From contig OY970194.1 in the NCBI GenBank assembly GCA_963708075.1, positions 6,528,001 through 6,592,000 on the forward strand: 64,000 nucleotides of DNA, read 5' to 3'. The stretch comes from Sedimentisphaerales bacterium (GTDB lineage Bacteria > Planctomycetota > Phycisphaerae > Sedimentisphaerales > Anaerobacaceae). The translations under genes and the position numbers were made by a program. Below, one piece after another: positions 1 to 9,932 of the stretch (position 1 is the first letter of the stretch; every line of letters begins with the position of its first letter). The notes beneath the pieces were generated by a model. That model saw nothing but the letters and a program-made list of their open reading frames with translations, did not search any database and was not told where the DNA came from.

Positions 1-36
1 TCGAGTGCCACTTTTTTGTCGTGCACCCCAAGTGCG

Positions 37-506
37 GGGGTGCGGTCGGCATACGGTGGCGGATTCGGATTCCAGCCGACACAAGAGCGCAGCCCAGTCT
101 TCTTTCGCCCCTACGGGGCTTTGAGATAGGATTGACTATCGTACCCACCGTTGAAACGGTGGGCTAGTGTCGATCGCCCCCGTGGGGCGGACGGGCCGAC
201 GCAAGAGGACTGGAGCGAAGCCCAAGCCCGCAGGGCGATAGAGAATAGCTGCAACACCTGCGGGATAGTGATCGACCCGTCCGGGTGCTGTCCAAGCCCG
301 GAGGGCGATAGCCAATAGCCGCAACGCCTGCGGGATGGTAATCGACCCGTGCAGGCGCAGTTCAAGCCCGGAGGGCGATAGAGAATAGCCCAGCGATTTA
401 TCGCTGGGGAACCGGGGCCGAGGACAAAAGCCAGTCCCGTAAGGGACGAAAGAGGCGCAGTCTGCACACGGTGGCTACACGCCGCCACCGAATTCCGACC
501 ACACCC
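37..506. mobile_element. MITE family A (long form) with REP/BIME-like interior
   Basis: Terminal inverted repeats GGGTGCGGTCGG..CGGTGGCG / CGCCACCG..CCGACCACACCC. Flanked by 8-bp direct repeat CAAGTGCG (29-36, 507-514). Internal units AAGCCCG(C/G)AGGGCGATAG. Near-identical inverted copy at 54749-55222. Confidence 0.8.
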
Positions 507-514
507 CAAGTGCG

Positions 515-710
515 GTGTGCGACTACGCTTCGGGGGAGCTATCCGGATTTGTCATGCTGAGCGAAGCGAAGCATCTGGCCCACGAATGAAACCAACGCTT
601 GTTCCCATGCACAGCGGAGATCCTTCGCTGACGCTCAGGGCCTGCCCTGAGCATAGTCGAAGGGATGACAGGATGGATGCACGGCCCCCCCACGAAGCGT
701 AGTCGCACAC
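515..710. mobile_element. MITE family B (196 bp)
   Basis: TIR GTGTGCGACTACGCTTCG / CGAAGCGTAGTCGCACAC; 8-bp TSD CAAGTGCG (507-514, 711-718). Confidence 0.8.
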
Positions 711-775
711 CAAGTGCGTCGGATGCCTATCATCTCTCTCACGTCGGCACGTGGCGCTGGGGCGGCGACAACGTC

Positions 776-1909
776 CTATATCTTGATGAAGGTGCGTTTG
801 CGGTACATGGAATAGAGGATGAACCAGAGGATGGCCATGCCTGCGACGGCGCGGACGAAGTCGTGCCAGTCGCCGGTCCATTGGGCCAGGTTGCGCACGA
901 AGATGTCTCCGAGAACACGGAAGTCGAACACGTGCGTCGCCATGTACACGGCGATGGCGTTCATGCCGATCACCACGAAGAAAGAGGTCAGAAAGCGAAA
1001 CTCAAGCACGTCGATGGCCAGGTAGAACAGGCCCAGCAGCAGGAGGCTCCATCCACCGGCGTACAGCACCATCGAGCTTGTCCAGATGTGCTTGATGATC
1101 GGGAAGATCTGTCCCCATGCCCAGCCGAGGAGGACGCATGCGACGCCGGAGATCAGCAGGACCACCACTTTCTCGGTCTTGGTCCGGTCCGACCGCAGCA
1201 ACTGGCCCGCGAGCGCCCCGATCATCACCGTCGCGCCGAACGTCATGCTGCTCAGAATCCACGTATAAGGCGGGTTCGTTCCGTCCTGGAAGCGGCCGAG
1301 AATGAGCGTGTCGATGTAGAATGCAAGGTTGCCTTGCTCGGTCAGTTGCCCCGCGCCGTATCCCGGGACCGGCACGAGCGTGAGCAACGCCCAGTATGCC
1401 AGGAGCAGGCCACCCGTCGCAAGAATCTGCCACTGCAGCGCCAGGTTCAGCAGGATCAGCGAGGCGATGAGATACCCCGCCGCAATCGCCTGAAGGGTAT
1501 TGCTGTACAACTGCAGCTTGGACAGATCGTACTCGAGCAGCCGGCCCTGAGCGATCATCCCCAGAATCCACAGAATAAACACCCGGTACAGGATGTGGCC
1601 GTAGAGCTGGGCCTTGTTGTCATCCGGTCCGAGCCGCTTGGCGAAGGAAAAGGGCATGGCTGCCCCCACGACGAAGAGAAACAGGGGCATGATCAGGTCC
1701 CAGGCGACGAAGCCCTCCCAGCGGACATGATCGGTCTGCGGCAGGATGTACTTGTTGAACCACAGGTTGTCCAGCCCCTTGGCCAGACCGCCCACGATCC
1801 AGTAGCCTCCGATAATCCAGAACATGTCGAACCCGCGCAGTGCATCGAGCGACATCAGCCGCTCCCGGGTGGCTTCCACTGGCTGTTCCACAGGTGCATC
1901 CATCTTCAT
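776..1909 (-). CDS. Membrane acyltransferase, HGSNAT/DUF5009-like
   Basis: RLMSLDALRGFDMF, WDLIMPLFLFVVG and PIIKHIWTSS motifs; many TM helices. Start codon uncertain (ORF open to 1987). Confidence 0.85.
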   Translation of the reverse strand: MKMDAPVEQPVEATRERLMSLDALRGFDMFWIIGGYWIVGGLAKGLDNLWFNKYILPQTDHVRWEGFVAWDLIMPLFLFVVGAAMPFSFAKRLGPDDNKAQLYGHILYRVFILWILGMIAQGRLLEYDLSKLQLYSNTLQAIAAGYLIASLILLNLALQWQILATGGLLLAYWALLTLVPVPGYGAGQLTEQGNLAFYIDTLILGRFQDGTNPPYTWILSSMTFGATVMIGALAGQLLRSDRTKTEKVVVLLISGVACVLLGWAWGQIFPIIKHIWTSSMVLYAGGWSLLLLGLFYLAIDVLEFRFLTSFFVVIGMNAIAVYMATHVFDFRVLGDIFVRNLAQWTGDWHDFVRAVAGMAILWFILYSMYRKRTFIKI

Positions 1910-2072
1910 ATTTCTACAATCCCCATGTCGGAGCAGGACCCCCGTACTGACGAGCCCGCGCCCATTCGCCATATTCTCCGGCATCACCAGCCTGATTCAC
2001 TCAGAGAATAGCACCTCGTGTCGACAAGTGCAAACCCACTTTTGCCTCTGATCAAACCACATACTTGCAGCA

Positions 2073-2104
2073 AGTTGTAACCGCGATATAATCACTGCCC
2101 ACTT
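2073..2104 (+). promoter_or_regulatory. Putative ECF-sigma promoter (TGTAACC-N17-CACT)
   Basis: 13-bp AGTTGTAACCGCG is identical to 9833-9845; both lie upstream of + strand genes. Confidence 0.4.
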
Positions 2105-2367
2105 AATAGTATTAAGGCAGGAGTTTAGGGACCGGTGGCAGGAAACGGTGATTTCGATGCAATGAGCCCGGCGTTCGAAACGTCTACAGTGTACTTGGTG
2201 GCGTCGTGCCGACACGTGGCGGCGGCTCACAAGGCAACTGTGCTCTGCATCTATGACGGTGAGCAGCACATTGCGGGCAGGCTCGCAAGCCCGCAACACG
2301 GTCGGCGCGACCGGCCACCACGTGAATCTGCGACGATACTGGATGGGATCAGGTGTTAGGCGTGTTC

Positions 2368-4264
2368 ATGAAACGACATTCTTCACAGGCAGGTCTACAG
2401 ACGTTTGGCTCAAGCAAGTGTCTCGTTTCCCTCATTCTCCTCGTGTGCATTGCTCTGACCTTCTGCGGTTGTCGGACGCCCACGGAGCATCGGGAGAAGG
2501 CTGATGAAGTGGCCGATAAAATCATCGAAGCCAAGCAGCAGGAGGCCTTGGGCAAGACGGAGCCGCTGAGCATCGAGCGGCCCAGCGATATTCTGCGTCG
2601 GCGGCTGATCGAGGAGCAGGGCCTGCCCATTTCGAGCGAGGCATCGCTGGGCACGGACAAGCTCAAGCCGGTCGCTCACTGGCCGGACGAGGAGTACCCG
2701 CCGGAGGTATCCTCCCCGGATGCGAATATCCCGATCGAGCCGAACCAGGCCCTCCAGCTCTCTCTGATGGAAGCTCTGCAGATCGCGGCCCGCAATAGCC
2801 CCGACTACCAATCCCGCAAAGAAGATGTTTTCAGGTCGGCGCTCGATCTTGACCTTGCGAGAAACGCCTTCCGCAACATCTTCGCCGCAGGGGCCGACAG
2901 CCAGATCACCACGGACACGGTGGGAGACGAGAACCGTCACGACGCTGGACACGAGCGCTTCGGCCGGGGTGACGCGGACCTTCAAGAATGGGCTCGACGT
3001 CAGTTCACTGATCGCCGTCGATCTGCTGCAATTATTGACCCAGGGCGGGGCCTCGACCCTCGGGCTGACTGCCGATACGTCGGTGTCGCTGCCTCTGCTT
3101 CGGGGCTCCGGTCGGTGGATCGTCGCCGAGCCTCTGACGCAGGCGGAACGCAACGTCATTTACAGCCTATGGGACTTTGACCGCTACCGGCGGACCTTCG
3201 CGGTGGGTGTTGCCCAGGACTACTATGCGGTTCTACGCCAGTTGGACCAGGTGAAGAACGCCCGAGACAACTACGGCAGTGCAATCCGGTCGGCCCGCTG
3301 GTCCCGCCGCCAGGCCGATGCCGGGCGAATCCCGGAAATCCAGGTGGACCAGGCGGTTCAGCGGGAATTGAGCGGGCGCAACGGGTGGATCTCCGCCCAG
3401 GAGCAATTGGAGAATCGTCTGGATGCCTTCAAGACGGGATCGCTCGGGCTGCCGACGGATGCCCTGATCAAGCCGGACCCGAATGACATGGTGCAACTAC
3501 GCCAGCGTGCGGAAGAGTACGTGAAGATGATGAGGGAGGCGTCGCAATCCGGGTCGGTCCAGGCAGTTCCTCCGGCCGATGCCAACGTGGTGTTGGCCCC
3601 GGCGAGCAAGGAAGATGCCGGACCGTATGAGATCGACGAGGACGTGGCGGTCAAGCTGGCCCTGGAGAATCGCCTTGACCTGCGAGCGGCAAACGGCGAG
3701 GTCTATGATGCACAAAGGCAGGTGGTCGTTGCCGCCGATGCCCTGCGGGCAGGCTTGAACCTGGGCGGCTCGGCCCGGTTCGCCGATAACGATGATGATG
3801 GCGCCCTGAGCTTCGAGGAGGGGCGTTACGCGGCTCTGCTCTCGCTTGATCTGCCCATCGAGAGGACCAGGGAACGAAACGCCTACCGCAGCAGCCTGAT
3901 CAATCTGGAACGGGCGACGAGAAGCGTGCAGGACCTGGAGGATCAGATCAAGCTGGCCATCCGTGGTGAGTTGCGAACGCTCCTGGAATCGCGGGAGAGC
4001 CTCAAAATTCAAGCGCAGTCGGTCGTCGTGGCCGAGAAGCGAGTTGCCAGTGCCCAGTTGTTCCTGGAGGCCGGCCGGGCACAGATCCGCGATTTGCTCG
4101 AAGCCCAGGATGCGCTGCTGTCGGCGAGGAACCAGTTGACCTCGGCCGTCGTGAACTACCGCGTCGCGGAATTGCAGCTCCAGCGAGATCTGGACCTGCT
4201 GACGATAACGCAAGAGGGGTTGTGGCAAGAGTTGTCACCTGAGGAACTTAGAAATGGCATCTAA
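2368..4264 (+). CDS. TolC-family outer-membrane efflux lipoprotein (split by +1 frameshift)
   Basis: Lipobox-like TFCGC and OEP helical repeats. ORFs 2353-3180 and 2825-4264 join if one A is removed from GAGAACC at 2929-2935. Confidence 0.85.
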
Positions 4265-6284
4265 CAAGGGTATAAGCAAGAGCGGCGGCGCCAAGCGGCC
4301 GTACAAAATTGCCGGCGTGGCGATTCTCATCGTGGCCATCGGCATAGTTGTGGTCTGGCTCAAAGTGGTCCGGGGCGGCGAGGATCCCATGAGCGCCATG
4401 GCGACCTTCGAGGCCATACGGGGCCCCCTGATCATCAGCGTTCTCGAGTCCGGGGCGATCAAGGCCAAAGAGCAGGAGGTCATCCGGAACGAAGTGGAGG
4501 GAAGGACGTCGATCATCTGGATCGTTCCTGAGGGCACGGCCGTCAAGAAAGGCGATGAGTTGGTCCGGCTGGATGTCAGCGCGATGAGTGACAAGCGGAT
4601 CGACCAGGAAATCAGCATGAAGAACGCCGAGGCCGCCCTCATCAATGCCCAGGAGACTCTGAAGATCACGGAAAGCCAGGGCCAGAGCGACGTCGACAAG
4701 GCCGAATTGACTCTCATTTTCGCCGAGCAGGACCTGAAGAAGTACGTCGATCCCAATGGCGGGCAATACGCGAATCTGCTGGCTGCCGCGAAGAACAGCA
4801 TCACCATCTCTACTGAGGAAAAGGCCCGAGCCGACTACACGCTGGAGTGGTCCGAGAAACTGGCGAAGGAGAAATATCTCTCGGAGACAGAACTGCAGGC
4901 GGATAAATTGAAGGTGACACAGTCACGAGTGAAGCTGGATCTGGCGAGAAACGATCTCAAGTTGCTGGAGAACTTCACAAAGCAACGCCAGGTTGTCCAG
5001 CTCGAAAGCGACGTCAAGCAGGCGAAGATGGCCCTGGAGCGTGCCTGTGCCAAGAAGAACGCCAATGACGTCCAGGCCAAAGCGGACCTGGAGGCCAAGG
5101 AGCAGGAGTACAAGCGTCAAGTGGCCAAGCTGACCAAGATCGACGATCAGCTCGGCAAGGCCACGATCCTGTCGCCGGCGGATGGCATGGTGGTGTACGC
5201 GACCAGCTCCCGCGGCGGCTTCGGCCGTGACGACCGCCGACCGCTGGCCGACGGTGTCGAGGTCTTCGAGCGACAGGAGCTGATCTATATCCCGAAGTCC
5301 GCGTCGTCTGTGGCGGAGGTGGACGTTCACGAGGCGAGCCTTGAGAAGGTCCGTCCGGGACTGCCTGCGATTGTCAAAGTGGACGCCCTGCCCGGCAAGG
5401 CGTTCATGGGCACCGTGGCCCGCATCGCTCCGCTGCCCAACGCGCAGAGCATGTGGATGAACCCCGATCTGAAGATCTACACGACGAACATCAACCTGGA
5501 AACCATGGACATTGGACTGCGAAGCGGCATGAGCTGCAAGGCGGATATCATCGTCGAGCAGTACACGGACGTCGTGTATGTCCCTGTCTGGACGGTCATA
5601 CGAGTCTCGGGGCAGCCGACGGTCTATGTCGTCAAGGATGGCCAGATCGAGCCTCGCAAGGTCGAGATCGGCTTGGACAACAACAGCTATGTGGTGATCA
5701 AGAGCGGGCTCAGCGAGGGAGAAATGGTTCTGATGGCCCCGCCTCTGAAGGAAGCAACCCTGGAGCCCGGGGCCAGGCTTGCAGGGGCCGGTGCGGACGG
5801 CAACGATCCTATGGCCCAGCGGATCAGTGAGAAACTCAAGGCAGCCAATGGGACGGAGGCCGGCTTACCACCCGCCGGTGCGGCAGGTCCGCAGACAGGC
5901 CCGCAGGCCGGTGGACCAGGGGAGGGACGGCAGGGCGGCCAGGGCTTCCAGATGCCTTCGCCCGAGCAGATACAACGCCTCCAGAACATGACTCCGGAAG
6001 AACGCGAGAAGGCGATGCAGGAACGCCTCAAGAACATGACTCCCGAGGAGCGCGAGCAGGCGGAAAAGATGCGTCAGCGCTTCCAGAACATGTCGCCGGA
6101 AGAACGGGAGCAAATGCGGCAACAGCGTCGGGGCGGGCAGGGCGGCGATAGCGCCGGTCCCGGCTCCGGCGGTCGTGGAGACGGTGCAGGTCCCGGCTCC
6201 GGCGGTCGCAGAGGCGGTGCAGGTTCCGGCGGCCGCGGGGACGGCGCGGGTTCCGGCTCCGATCGACCGGAAAGGGAACAGTAG
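4254..6284 (+). CDS. Efflux periplasmic adaptor (MacA/HlyD-like) with low-complexity C-tail
   Basis: N-terminal TM anchor, lipoyl-like VPEGTAVKKGD..ILSPADG, long coiled coil, VEIGLDN..SGLSEGE. Confidence 0.9.
   Translation: MASNKGISKSGGAKRPYKIAGVAILIVAIGIVVVWLKVVRGGEDPMSAMATFEAIRGPLIISVLESGAIKAKEQEVIRNEVEGRTSIIWIVPEGTAVKKGDELVRLDVSAMSDKRIDQEISMKNAEAALINAQETLKITESQGQSDVDKAELTLIFAEQDLKKYVDPNGGQYANLLAAAKNSITISTEEKARADYTLEWSEKLAKEKYLSETELQADKLKVTQSRVKLDLARNDLKLLENFTKQRQVVQLESDVKQAKMALERACAKKNANDVQAKADLEAKEQEYKRQVAKLTKIDDQLGKATILSPADGMVVYATSSRGGFGRDDRRPLADGVEVFERQELIYIPKSASSVAEVDVHEASLEKVRPGLPAIVKVDALPGKAFMGTVARIAPLPNAQSMWMNPDLKIYTTNINLETMDIGLRSGMSCKADIIVEQYTDVVYVPVWTVIRVSGQPTVYVVKDGQIEPRKVEIGLDNNSYVVIKSGLSEGEMVLMAPPLKEATLEPGARLAGAGADGNDPMAQRISEKLKAANGTEAGLPPAGAAGPQTGPQAGGPGEGRQGGQGFQMPSPEQIQRLQNMTPEEREKAMQERLKNMTPEEREQAEKMRQRFQNMSPEEREQMRQQRRGGQGGDSAGPGSGGRGDGAGPGSGGRRGGAGSGGRGDGAGSGSDRPEREQ
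5980..6260 (+). repeat. Coding repeats: 3x NM(T/S)PEERE, then ~4x G(P/S)GSGGR
   Basis: Visible in both the DNA and the translation. Confidence 0.8.
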
Positions 6285-7010
6285 ATGCGCAAGGTAACGC
6301 TGCCGGACAACGAGCGGGAAATCGTCAGACTCGAAAACGCCTCTAAGATCTACCAGATGGGAACGGAGGAGGTCCATGCGCTTCGCAGCATCAACATAAC
6401 CTTTGAGAAGGGCGATTTCTGGGCGATCATGGGGCCCAGCGGCTCCGGCAAGAGCACGATGATGAATGTCCTCGGATGTCTCGACCGGCTGACCTCGGGC
6501 TCGTACTACCTTGACGGCAAGGACGTCAGCCAACTGGACGACGATTCGCTCAGTGAGCTTCGGCTGCGATACCTGGGGTTCATCTTTCAGAGCTTCAACC
6601 TGATTCCTCAGTTGACAGTGCAGCGAAACATCGAGTTGCCGCTCTACTACTTAGGCTGGGACGCGGCCCGCAGCGCCCAGCGGGCGAAGGAACTTGCAGA
6701 GGAGGTCGGGTTGGGCGACCGCCTGGGCCATCGGCCCACGGAGCTGTCCGGCGGCCAGATGCAGAGAGTGGCCATCGCCCGCGCCCTGACCAACGACCCG
6801 CAGGTCATCTTCGCCGACGAGCCCACGGGTAACCTCGATTCGGCCACGGGCGTCCAGATCATGGAGGTCCTGACCCGGCTGAACGAGCAGGGCAAGACTG
6901 TCGTGATGGTCACCCACGAGCCGGACATCGCCGCCTATGCCCACCGCCGGCTCCACATGATCGACGGTAATATCGACAGAATTGAAGAACGCGCCCATGC
7001 GGCAAACTAA
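6285..7010 (+). CDS. ABC transporter ATP-binding protein (MacB/LolD-like)
   Basis: Walker A GPSGSGKS, signature LSGGQMQR, Walker B IFADEPTGNLD. Confidence 0.95.
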   Translation: MRKVTLPDNEREIVRLENASKIYQMGTEEVHALRSINITFEKGDFWAIMGPSGSGKSTMMNVLGCLDRLTSGSYYLDGKDVSQLDDDSLSELRLRYLGFIFQSFNLIPQLTVQRNIELPLYYLGWDAARSAQRAKELAEEVGLGDRLGHRPTELSGGQMQRVAIARALTNDPQVIFADEPTGNLDSATGVQIMEVLTRLNEQGKTVVMVTHEPDIAAYAHRRLHMIDGNIDRIEERAHAAN

Positions 7011-8265
7011 GATTGCACGAAACATACTCCTGGGCATCGAGAACCTGCTGCTGCACAAGCTGCGCTCGTTCCTGACGATGCTCGGCGTCGTCTTCGGGGT
7101 CGGCAGCGTGGTGGCCATGCTCTCCGTCGGCGAGGGCGCCAGCAAGGAGGCGCTCGCCCAGATCCGAAAGCTCGGCAGCAACAATATCATCGTCTCGACA
7201 GTCAAGTCCGTGGAGGAGGAACAGGCCAGCACGGTGCATTCCCATATGAGCATCTACGGGCTGACGGTGGACGACCATCGCCGGATCGCCGAGAGTTTCG
7301 CGAATGTGCAGCAGACGGCGCCCGCAAAGCTGATGCGAAAGGAATCCCGCCTGCGCGAGAGGGCGATGGAACTCCGCGTCGTAGGCGCGACTCCCGAGTG
7401 GTTCAAACTCGTTCCACGGGAGGTCGTCGCCGGCCGCGTGCTCCTGCAGGGCGACGAGGACAAGAGGTCCCCCGTGGCCATCCTGACGGAATTCGGCGCC
7501 CGGAAACTGCTGGCGACGGAGGGCTCCGTCGGCGAGACCCTTCGCATCGGCGGAAGTGAGTTCGAGATTATCGGCATCATCCGCAGTGAAAGCGGGCAGG
7601 CCGGCAACATTCAGATCCCCGACCAGGACATCGACGTCTATATCCCCCTGGAGGTGGCCCGCAGGTATTTCGGGGACATCTTCGCCAAGCGGACGGCGGG
7701 CTCGGAGGAGCGGGAAATGGTCCAGCTCCATCAGATCATCGTTCAGGTGGATGATCCCCGGCACGCGGAGACCGTGGGCGCCGGGATCGAGAGGATGCTG
7801 GAGCGGTTCCACAAGAAGAAGGACTACGTGGTGAGCGTGCCCCTGGCGCTGCTCAAGCAGGCGGAGGCGACAAAGCGGACGTTCAATATCGTATTGGGTT
7901 CCATCGCGGGCATCAGCCTGCTCGTCGGCGGCATCGGGATCATGAACATCATGCTCGCCTCCGTCACGGAGCGGACCCGCGAGATCGGGATTCGCCGGGC
8001 CATCGGCGCCAAGCGAAAGCAGATCATCTACCAGTTCCTCATCGAGACGGTCGTGCTTTCCATGGCCGGCGGCCTGGTCGGCCTGGGCATCGGCGTGCTG
8101 ATCCCGTACATGATCACACATTTCTCCCGCATGCCCACGGTCGTTACCGTGCGCGGCATCCTGCTGCCGCTGTTCATCAGCATGGCCATCGGAATTCTCT
8201 TCGGGCTGTATCCGGCCATGCATGCGGCGAGGGTAGACCCCATTGTGGCATTGAGGCACGAGTGA
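6997..8265 (+). CDS. ABC permease, MacB/FtsX family, paralog 1
   Basis: KLRSFLTMLGVVFGV; GGIGIMNIMLASVTERTREIGIRRAIGA; DPIVALRHE. Confidence 0.95.
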   Translation: MRQTKIARNILLGIENLLLHKLRSFLTMLGVVFGVGSVVAMLSVGEGASKEALAQIRKLGSNNIIVSTVKSVEEEQASTVHSHMSIYGLTVDDHRRIAESFANVQQTAPAKLMRKESRLRERAMELRVVGATPEWFKLVPREVVAGRVLLQGDEDKRSPVAILTEFGARKLLATEGSVGETLRIGGSEFEIIGIIRSESGQAGNIQIPDQDIDVYIPLEVARRYFGDIFAKRTAGSEEREMVQLHQIIVQVDDPRHAETVGAGIERMLERFHKKKDYVVSVPLALLKQAEATKRTFNIVLGSIAGISLLVGGIGIMNIMLASVTERTREIGIRRAIGAKRKQIIYQFLIETVVLSMAGGLVGLGIGVLIPYMITHFSRMPTVVTVRGILLPLFISMAIGILFGLYPAMHAARVDPIVALRHE

Positions 8266-8269
8266 AAGG

Positions 8270-8388
8270 ATCTACGATTTACGAATTACAATTTACGATT
8301 TTGGGCTCACGCCGGATGCGAAGGCACAGAAGGAGCGAGAGCTTTGTGTATCCCATCAATCGTAGATCGTAATTCGTAAATCGTAAAT
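8270..8388. repeat. Heptamer-repeat inverted pair (long hairpin)
   Basis: (ATTTACG)n-like arm and complementary (CGTAAAT)n arm between the two permease genes. Confidence 0.8.
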
Positions 8389-8392
8389 TGCC

Positions 8393-9661
8393 ATGAGACA
8401 AACGAAAATCGTACGCAACATCTGGCTCGGCATCGAGAACCTGCTGCTGCACAAGCTGCGCTCGTTCCTGACGATGCTCGGCGTGGTCTTCGGGGTCGGC
8501 AGCGTCGTGGCCATGCTCTCCGTCGGCGAGGGCGCCAGCAAGGAGGCGCTGGCCGAGATTCGCAAGCTGGGTAGCACGAACATCATCATCTCCTCGATCA
8601 AGCCGGCGGAGGATGAGGCGACGAGCTCGATGCGCAGCATGATGAGCGTCTTCGGCCTGACATACGAGGACCATCGCCGGCTGGCGACCAGCTTCGCGAA
8701 CGTCCGCCAGACCGCGCCCGTCAAGCTGACACGCAAGGACTGCCGTCTCCGCGAGCGGTCGATGGAACTTCGCGTGGTGGGCACGACCCCGGAATGGTTC
8801 GACCTGGTGCCGCGAGAGGTCCTGGCCGGCCGGGTCCTCCTGCCCGCGGACGAGCGGAACCAGGCCCCTGTGGCGATTCTCACCGAGTTCGGGGCCCGAA
8901 AGCTGCTGGCTACGGAGGGCACGATCGGCCAGACGCTCCGCGTCGGAGGCAGCGAATTCGAGATCATCGGCATCATCAGGAATGAGAGCGGACAGGCGGG
9001 CAATATCCAGATCCCGGACCAGGATGTGGACATCTATATCCCCCTGGAGGTGTCACGGCGCTATTTCGGGGACATATTTTCGAGAATGACTTCCGGCTCG
9101 TTCCAGCGGGAGCGCGTGGAGCTGCACCAGATCATCATCCAGGCGGACCAGACAGAGCACGTGGAGGCCGTGGCGGCGGGCGTCGAGCGAATGCTGGAAA
9201 AGTTCCACAAGAAGAAGGAGTACATCGTCAGTGTCCCGCTGGCCCTGCTCAAGCAGGCCCAGGCCACCAAGCGCACGTTCAATATCGTCCTGGGCTCCAT
9301 CGCCGGCATCAGCCTGCTCGTCGGCGGCATCGGGATCATGAACATCATGCTCGCCTCCGTCACGGAGCGGACCCGCGAGATCGGGATTCGCCGGGCCATC
9401 GGCGCCAAGCGAAGGCAGATCGTCTACCAGTTCCTCATCGAGACAGTCGTGCTTTCGATGGCCGGCGGTCTGGTGGGCCTGGGTATCGGCGTGCTCATCC
9501 CTCTGCTCATCACCCACTTCTCGGAAATGCCGACGGTCATTACCGTCAACGGCATTCTGCTGCCGTTGTTCATCAGCATGGCCACCGGGATTCTCTTCGG
9601 CCTGTACCCCGCGGTGCACGCCGCCAAGGTCGATCCCATCGTCGCCCTCCGGCACGAGTGA
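8393..9661 (+). CDS. ABC permease, MacB/FtsX family, paralog 2
   Basis: Same motifs and same length (422 aa) as paralog 1. Confidence 0.95.
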   Translation: MRQTKIVRNIWLGIENLLLHKLRSFLTMLGVVFGVGSVVAMLSVGEGASKEALAEIRKLGSTNIIISSIKPAEDEATSSMRSMMSVFGLTYEDHRRLATSFANVRQTAPVKLTRKDCRLRERSMELRVVGTTPEWFDLVPREVLAGRVLLPADERNQAPVAILTEFGARKLLATEGTIGQTLRVGGSEFEIIGIIRNESGQAGNIQIPDQDVDIYIPLEVSRRYFGDIFSRMTSGSFQRERVELHQIIIQADQTEHVEAVAAGVERMLEKFHKKKEYIVSVPLALLKQAQATKRTFNIVLGSIAGISLLVGGIGIMNIMLASVTERTREIGIRRAIGAKRRQIVYQFLIETVVLSMAGGLVGLGIGVLIPLLITHFSEMPTVITVNGILLPLFISMATGILFGLYPAVHAAKVDPIVALRHE

Positions 9662-9664
9662 GAG

Positions 9665-9785
9665 GATTTATGATTTGCGATTTTTGATTTATGATTTGGG
9701 CTCCCGCCGAGACAGTAGCTCGAGGCTGCAAGTGAGGCACGTCTCCCACCTGCAATTGTAAATCATAAATCGCAAATCATAAATC
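9665..9785. repeat. Heptamer-repeat inverted pair (long hairpin)
   Basis: GATTTATGATTTGCGATTT pairs perfectly with AAATCGCAAATCATAAATC. Confidence 0.8.
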
Positions 9786-9932
9786 CGCAAATGGTCCTCC
9801 CACCTCTGGTTCCCGCCAATAAAATTCTGCCGAGTTGTAACCGCGGCTTGGGCGGGCTCACTATGGTAGTGAAAAAGCGTCAGGGGATATCTGCAACCAG
9901 CCGCTCACAGCGGTCTTTGAAAGGAGCAGGCA

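Noticed and set aside
215..395. Repeated AAGCCCG(C/G)AGGGCGATAG units as a CRISPR array
   Set aside because: The spacers resemble each other, the array sits inside a MITE that is copied elsewhere, and no cas genes are present.
111..708. Short ORFs within repeats (also 52752-52958, 54386-55123)
   Set aside because: They are translations of MITE/REP sequence, and the frames are not conserved between copies.
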